Shown piece after piece: positions 38,092 through 42,784 of a DNA stretch of 42,784 nt. Under the pieces are notes generated by a model. That model was not told the origin of the DNA. It did not search any database and saw only the letters and a list, made by a program, of their open reading frames with translations. Within the stretch, counting starts at the first letter, position 1. Each line of letters starts with the position of its first letter. Made by a program: the position numbers and the translations under genes. Source of the DNA: Myxococcaceae bacterium (GTDB taxonomy: Bacteria; Myxococcota_A; Polyangia; Polyangiales; Ga0077539); the NCBI GenBank assembly GCA_028287085.1, contig JAQBQI010000496.1, positions 1 to 42,784 on the forward strand. Direction: 5' to 3'.

Positions 38092-40601
38092 GGTACCTCC
38101 TGGATCACGAAGTCCTGTTCACGCAGCTCGGGGTCGATCCCCACGACCCGCACATCGAGCGTCCCGCCCTCGGGGCGGCGGGGGTCGGCGTCTAGGCGCG
38201 CGACCTCCGTGGGTCCGAACCGCAGCAGCGGAACCACGCGCGTCCGGTCGGGCGAGCGGAGCTTGCGGAAGCGCAACGCCGTCACCGAGCGGACGCCGGG
38301 GATCGCCTGGACGAACGCGAGCAGCTCGCCCACCTCGAGCGACTGCCCGAAGGTGAGCCGGTCGGGGAGGAAGAACCCGGCGCCCCGGTCGCCCGGCCGG
38401 AGCGCCGCGAGCACCGCGGCCTTCACCTTGTGGGGTTGCGCGCCGGGCTCGACGCACAGCGCGACGCGCACCTCCAGCGGCACGTAGACGGGGGCGCGCG
38501 CCACGACCTCGCGGCCCGCCATGCGGAGCCCGTCGAGCCGCGCCTGCACGTCGGCGCGCAGCACCTCGTGGAGCCCCGCCTCGCCCTCGGGGTCGACGAG
38601 CACGAGCACCGTGTTGAACGGTCCCCCCACCGGGCGCGCGAAGGCCTGCGCCACGCCGGGGATCAGCGCGGCGCGCCGGTAGTCGTCGAGGGTCACGGCG
38701 CGCTCCAGGGGACCGTGGCGCAGCGACGCGGGGACCCGCACCCGCGCGACGTCCATCGCCTCGCGCCTCCGCCCGCCGGTCGCGAGCACCACGTTGATCA
38801 CCGACGCGTTCCGCGGTGGCGTCAGGTTCGGCGACGGCGGGGGCGCGAAGCGGACGAGCGTGCCCGCGCCGAGGTTGCCGTCGACGGGGTCGCCGACGCG
38901 GTAGCGGACGACGAGCTCCTCGGTCGCGCCCGTGCTCGCGGGCTCCTCGTCGGCGCGCAGCGACAGCGCCTGGCCGCGGCGGCCGTCACCGAACTCCAGC
39001 CAGAGGGAGCCGTCCTCGTCGAGGTGGGCGACGTAGTGGCGGTCGAAGGCGCGGGAGTCGTGCAGGTGTTCCATGCGCGTCCAGGGGCCCTGCATGTCGC
39101 CCCGGCCCGTCGAGACCTCGACCTCCGGGGCGCCGCGGACGGCGCCGCTCGCGTCGCGCTCCTCGCGGAAGAGCACGGGGGACTGCGGCAGCTTGAAGGC
39201 GCGCAGGATCGGGCGCCCGCCGGACCCGACGCCCTCGACGATGGCGTCGCCCCGGAGCGCCGTGAAGGTGCGGGCGAGGAGGTCGATGCGGTCGGTCTGG
39301 AGCGCGCCGAAGCGGGCCGTCGCGAGGTTGCTGAAGAGCGTGAACCCGTCGTGGTCCCAGGGCGACATCGCCTCGGGGAGCGGCGGGTCGAAGGTCACCC
39401 GCGTCACCTGGACGGGCGTCGTGCCGTCGCTGACCTGGCCGGGCCACCCGACCCAGCCGTTGAGGGACAGGGTCTCCCAGTGCGTCACCCTCACCACGTG
39501 GGTCGCGCGGAAGGGGCCCTCCGCTCGCCCCTGCGCGAAGCAGAGCCGCCGGCCGAAGTAGAGGCCCTGGGCGTTTCCCAGGAGGAGCACCTCCGTCGCA
39601 CCGGCGGGGATCGTCGCGTCCTCGGCGCCCGGCCACGCCGCGAGTTGAAGCGTGCCGTGGTCGTCCGACATCGGCGGGACTTCCGTGACGTGGAACACCA
39701 CCGGCGGCTCGCCCCCGGCCGACCTCGTGGTGACCTCGGTGCCGACCGTGACGCTGCCACCGCCGTCGTTGTCGTTGCCGTTGCCGTCGTTGTTGTTGCC
39801 GTCGTTGTTGTTGTTGCCGTCGTTGTTGTTGCCGTCTTTATTGCCGCCCGGGCCGTCGTCCTTGCTGCCGTCCTTGCCGCCGCCACTTCCGCCGCTGAAG
39901 GCCAGGAGCGTCTCCGCCGCGGCGCCATCGAAGAGTGTCGTGCCGAGGAGCGTCGCGTGCTGGCGGAGCGAGTACCGCTGCGTGGCCGTGTCGAGGAAGG
40001 CCTCGGCGGCGACGCGGTCCTGATGGTACGAGAGCATGTCGCCCTGGTGGGCGAGCAGGTCGACGAGCACGCGCTCGAGCGACGCGGGCGCGAGGTCGGC
40101 CCAGCTCGGGTTGTGGACCTTCACCCACTCCGCGAACATCGCGAGGAGGCCGTCGAAGTCCTTGGCCAGCAGGTCGACCGCCGGGCGCGGCGCGGATGGG
40201 ACGACCGCCGGCGCCGGGTCGGGCCGGCAATCGCCGCGCTCGCAGCCGATGGCGAAGGTGAACTTCTTCTCGCGGAAGAACGCGTCCACCGGCCGCTGGA
40301 GGTCGCGCAGCAGTTCGAGGGTGTAGTCGACCGGCGGGCCGAGGTCGTTGAAGGCCAGGACGACGGTCTTCTCGGACGCGTGCTGGTCGACGACGGACCA
40401 GGGTGGTTCCCTGCCTTCCGCGCCGCGGAGGGCGAAGTGCCCGGGGGTGAACATGCCCGAGGCCCAGGTCTCCCGGAGGTGCACGGTCAGGCGGGCCCGC
40501 GGGATGGCCGGGGGGTCGAAGAGCTCGAGGGACAGGTAGTCGATGCCCTGGAAATCAGCGCGGGGCTTCGCCTCCGACCACGAGAGCCAGTTGGAGCTCA
40601 C
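38088..40601 (-). CDS. Baseplate J/gp47-like eCIS baseplate assembly protein
   Basis: GIDYL, DLLAKDFDG, DMLSYHQDRVAAEAFLDTA, FGDGRRG, RAVTLDDY, GFFLPDRLTFGQ. Confidence 0.9.
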   Translation of the reverse strand: MSSNWLSWSEAKPRADFQGIDYLSLELFDPPAIPRARLTVHLRETWASGMFTPGHFALRGAEGREPPWSVVDQHASEKTVVLAFNDLGPPVDYTLELLRDLQRPVDAFFREKKFTFAIGCERGDCRPDPAPAVVPSAPRPAVDLLAKDFDGLLAMFAEWVKVHNPSWADLAPASLERVLVDLLAHQGDMLSYHQDRVAAEAFLDTATQRYSLRQHATLLGTTLFDGAAAETLLAFSGGSGGGKDGSKDDGPGGNKDGNNNDGNNNNDGNNNDGNGNDNDGGGSVTVGTEVTTRSAGGEPPVVFHVTEVPPMSDDHGTLQLAAWPGAEDATIPAGATEVLLLGNAQGLYFGRRLCFAQGRAEGPFRATHVVRVTHWETLSLNGWVGWPGQVSDGTTPVQVTRVTFDPPLPEAMSPWDHDGFTLFSNLATARFGALQTDRIDLLARTFTALRGDAIVEGVGSGGRPILRAFKLPQSPVLFREERDASGAVRGAPEVEVSTGRGDMQGPWTRMEHLHDSRAFDRHYVAHLDEDGSLWLEFGDGRRGQALSLRADEEPASTGATEELVVRYRVGDPVDGNLGAGTLVRFAPPPSPNLTPPRNASVINVVLATGGRRREAMDVARVRVPASLRHGPLERAVTLDDYRRAALIPGVAQAFARPVGGPFNTVLVLVDPEGEAGLHEVLRADVQARLDGLRMAGREVVARAPVYVPLEVRVALCVEPGAQPHKVKAAVLAALRPGDRGAGFFLPDRLTFGQSLEVGELLAFVQAIPGVRSVTALRFRKLRSPDRTRVVPLLRFGPTEVARLDADPRRPEGGTLDVRVVGIDPELREQDFVIQEVP
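39753..39896. repeat. In-frame low-complexity (GTT)nGCCGTC expansion encoding a G/N/D-rich loop
   Basis: SGGSGGGKDGSKDDGPGGNKDGNNNDGNNNNDGNNNDGNGNDNDGGGS within the baseplate gene. Confidence 0.85.
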
Positions 40602-40966
40602 AGCCTCACCTCCAGGTTGCGCGGGCGGCGGTCGGAGCGGCGGCGGAACGAGATGCGCACCACCAGCGCGCCCTCAGCCTCCTCGGCGGTGACGTCGACC
40701 CCGTCGAGGATCACCTCGTCGCCCAGGTCGCGCTGGAGGGCCTGCGACAGGGTGAACTCCAGCGCGGCGGCGGAGAGCTCGCTGAGGTCGCCGAACACAT
40801 GGCGGTCGATGCCGGCGCCGAAGTCGGGCGCGTTGACGCGCTCGCCGGGCGCGGTGAACAGCACCGCCTCGACCTTGTCGCGCAGGTGCCTGTCGGCGTC
40901 GTCAATCACGGCGACGCCGCCCCGCGCGCCGAAGCGCAGCGGCTGTTGAAGGAACCGGTCCATCAT
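40598..40966 (-). CDS. GPW/gp25-family baseplate protein (Afp9-like)
   Basis: HLRDKVEAVLFTAPGERVNAPDFGAG; GGAG RBS; overlaps the next gene. Confidence 0.93.
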   Translation of the reverse strand: MMDRFLQQPLRFGARGGVAVIDDADRHLRDKVEAVLFTAPGERVNAPDFGAGIDRHVFGDLSELSAAALEFTLSQALQRDLGDEVILDGVDVTAEEAEGALVVRISFRRRSDRRPRNLEVRL

Positions 40967-41270
40967 GGGGGTGTTGCTCCGTTTCAGCGGACGAGTGCGC
41001 TCGCGCCTCGGAGGGCTCGGGCGCAGGTTCGAGCGATCGCGCGGCGATCGAAAATGAGCGGGCTGGATGGGCGACGTACGCTCCGGCCGCGACCCAGGTC
41101 AGGCGTTCGGGAGGTTGATCGACGCAGGCGCGCGCGGAGTTCGAGGGTCTCGCCGGGCGCCGGTCAGCGGCACCGCCGGGCGCTCTTCAGCCACCTCGAA
41201 ACCGACCCTGCCTGAGACAATGATCAGGGCTCAAACTTTTTTCTGGCCCGTTGGCGTCGCGGCGACCCGA

Positions 41271-41334
41271 GACCCATTCGTGGCAGGTCAGACCCCAGTC
41301 GCGGCAGGGGGGAGACCCTATCGTGGCGGGGTCA
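41271..41334. repeat. Three imperfect 20-23-bp tandem repeats, GACCCnnTCGYGGCRGG..
   Basis: Units start at 41271, 41291 and 41314. Confidence 0.6.
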
Positions 41335-42211
41335 GCTCTTCGGCGCGGCAGGCTTACGGTCGGACCGGATGTCGAGCCCCCGCAGGAGCGTCGGGGAGAC
41401 GGTGAGCAGCAGGGCGGTGGCGCCGTCCTCGCGGGCCTCTGCCAAGTCGTCCCAGAGCGGGCGCATCGCGAAGAACAGCCTAGCCCTCGGCGGCGTTCAC
41501 CGCGGGGCTGTCGCGGTCGACCTGCTGCGGGGCGGGGGTTCCGCGGGCGAGGTCGTCGAGCTGGGTGGCGGCGGCGCGGAGGGAGCCGACCGTCGCCGCG
41601 TCGAGCTGGAAGAGGCCCAGCGCCGCGGCGCGGGGCGACGCGAGCCCGGCGTCGAGGTGGTCGGCGAGCCGGCGCAGGCGCGCGAGGCGGAGGTTGGTGG
41701 CCGTCGCGTCGGGGCTGAGGGCGGTCGTGAGCGCGGTGACGTGCTCAGCGCGCGAGCCGGCCGCGTCGCGGGCCCAGCGCTCGACGCGCTTGAGCACCTT
41801 GTCGGCCGCCTGTTCGGCATCGGTGGTGGCGGCGCCGTGCGAGACGTTGGCGGCGGGCGCGCGCCCGGTCAGGGCCGTTCCGAGGGCGCTCAGGCAGTCG
41901 AGGAACCACCGCACCGCGACGGGGTTCACGGCCTGGTCGTCGGCGTGGGCGCCGAAGGTGCGCGCCCAGCTCATGCCGATGCGGAAGGTGTCCTTGCCGC
42001 GGGTGTTGGTGCCCTTGGCGCGGCAGGCCTCGTCGTCGTGCAGCGCCCGGAAGGTCGCGGCCTGCGCCGGGGAGAGCGCGGCGAAGCGGGCGCGAATGTC
42101 GGCGAGCTGGCCGAGCTCGCCGCTCACCTCCGAGGCAACTTCGGTCGGGGACCGGGAGGCGGCCGATGAAGTGGACGGGGCGGATTTTCTGATGGTCGCA
42201 GCTTTGGCCAT
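41332..42211 (-). pseudogene. Helical hypothetical protein with an apparent 1-bp frameshift near 41482
   Basis: The ORF stops at ...VNAAEG* (41480); skipping one base continues as RLFFAMRPLWDDLAEAREDG...PAAPKS* to 41332 with host-like codons. Confidence 0.65.
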
Positions 42212-42469
42212 GATGGAGACGCTACCGAAGTGGGGCGAGCGGGGCGAGAGCCTGATGGGCGTGGGCCGGGTGCCACCGGGCCGCCGCTTCGGGAGCGCCG
42301 GTGCGCGCCCGTGGTCGTCGGCCTCGCCGGCGCGTCAGGGGGCTTCGCTCAACTCAGGTGGATCCGGTGCGGCCGCGGGCGTGGCCTGCGGCCCCGCGGT
42401 TCGAGGAGCGGCTTGTGAGGTCGGTTGAGGTGGAGGGGCGCTCAGCTCGCGGCGAACGCGAGCCGCGCG

Positions 42470-42784
42470 TCAGGAGACCATCGACGGTGGCGGGCAGATC
42501 GGCGGCGGAATCGGAGACGGCGCGAACACGACGAGGGTCGTCGTCGCCAGCGAGGTGCACGCGGCCGCGACGCGCTGCGCGCGCGTATCGAGCGACGCGT
42601 CGACGTCCGAGAAGACCGCGACGAGCGCGACGATCGCCCCCGGCAGCGCGAGGGGCGGCGCGGAGGTGCCCATCGTGGTGACGCCGGGCACCATGAAGGA
42701 GTGCCCGGTGAGATAGCCCGCGACGGCCTGCGCGAGCAGCGTCCCGGCGGCCTGCGCGGTGCGCGCCTCGAAGGCCGCCGCCGC
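42470..42784 (-). CDS. 3' part of a hypothetical gene entering from the right edge (possibly eCIS-associated)
   Basis: Open frame from the window edge: AAAAFEARTAQAAGTLLAQAVAGYLTGHSFMVPG...PPPSMVS*. Confidence 0.6.
   Translation of the reverse strand, partial: AAAAFEARTAQAAGTLLAQAVAGYLTGHSFMVPGVTTMGTSAPPLALPGAIVALVAVFSDVDASLDTRAQRVAAACTSLATTTLVVFAPSPIPPPICPPPSMVS

Noticed and set aside
33521-40949. Long plus-strand ORFs (e.g. 33521-35899, 38430-40949) and similar antisense ORFs throughout the window
   Set aside because: Shadow frames of GC-rich genes on the opposite strand; Arg/Gly/Val-rich with no motifs
27640-40966. Prophage or T6SS
   Set aside because: No capsid, terminase or portal genes and no TssJLM/ClpV; tandem baseplate J-like genes plus DUF6519 fit an eCIS

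Overview
GC-rich, myxobacterial-looking (Polyangiales-like, inferred from gene content) window with three parts. (1) About 1-20.7 kb is an accessory, defence-island-like region with much mobile-element debris. It holds a hypothetical gene coupled to an XRE-HTH/ImmA-IrrE Zn-peptidase (RosmerTA-like layout), a truncated Cre-like tyrosine recombinase, a PadR operon and two HEPN-like genes. It also encodes a large Rad50/RloC-like ATPase carrying two C-terminal LexA/S24-type peptidase domains, a PD-(D/E)xK-like plus helical-repeat gene pair, an RHH plus membrane-protein cassette bracketed by two long palindromes, a serine recombinase and an IS1634 remnant. (2) About 20.7-26.2 kb is a typical myxobacterial FGE-domain lipoprotein / Ser-Thr kinase / TPR-PEGA cluster, followed by nested IS4, IS-end and group II intron remnants. 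(3) About 26.2-42.8 kb is the baseplate half of an extracellular contractile injection system (gp25, two baseplate J-like proteins, tail protein, DUF6519 beta-helix protein), followed by an HEXXH metalloprotease-like candidate cargo gene whose 3' end was hit by the intron. The strongest novelty candidate is the RloC-like ATPase-HEPN-tandem-S24 fusion. All family calls come from motif recognition by eye; no database searches were run.
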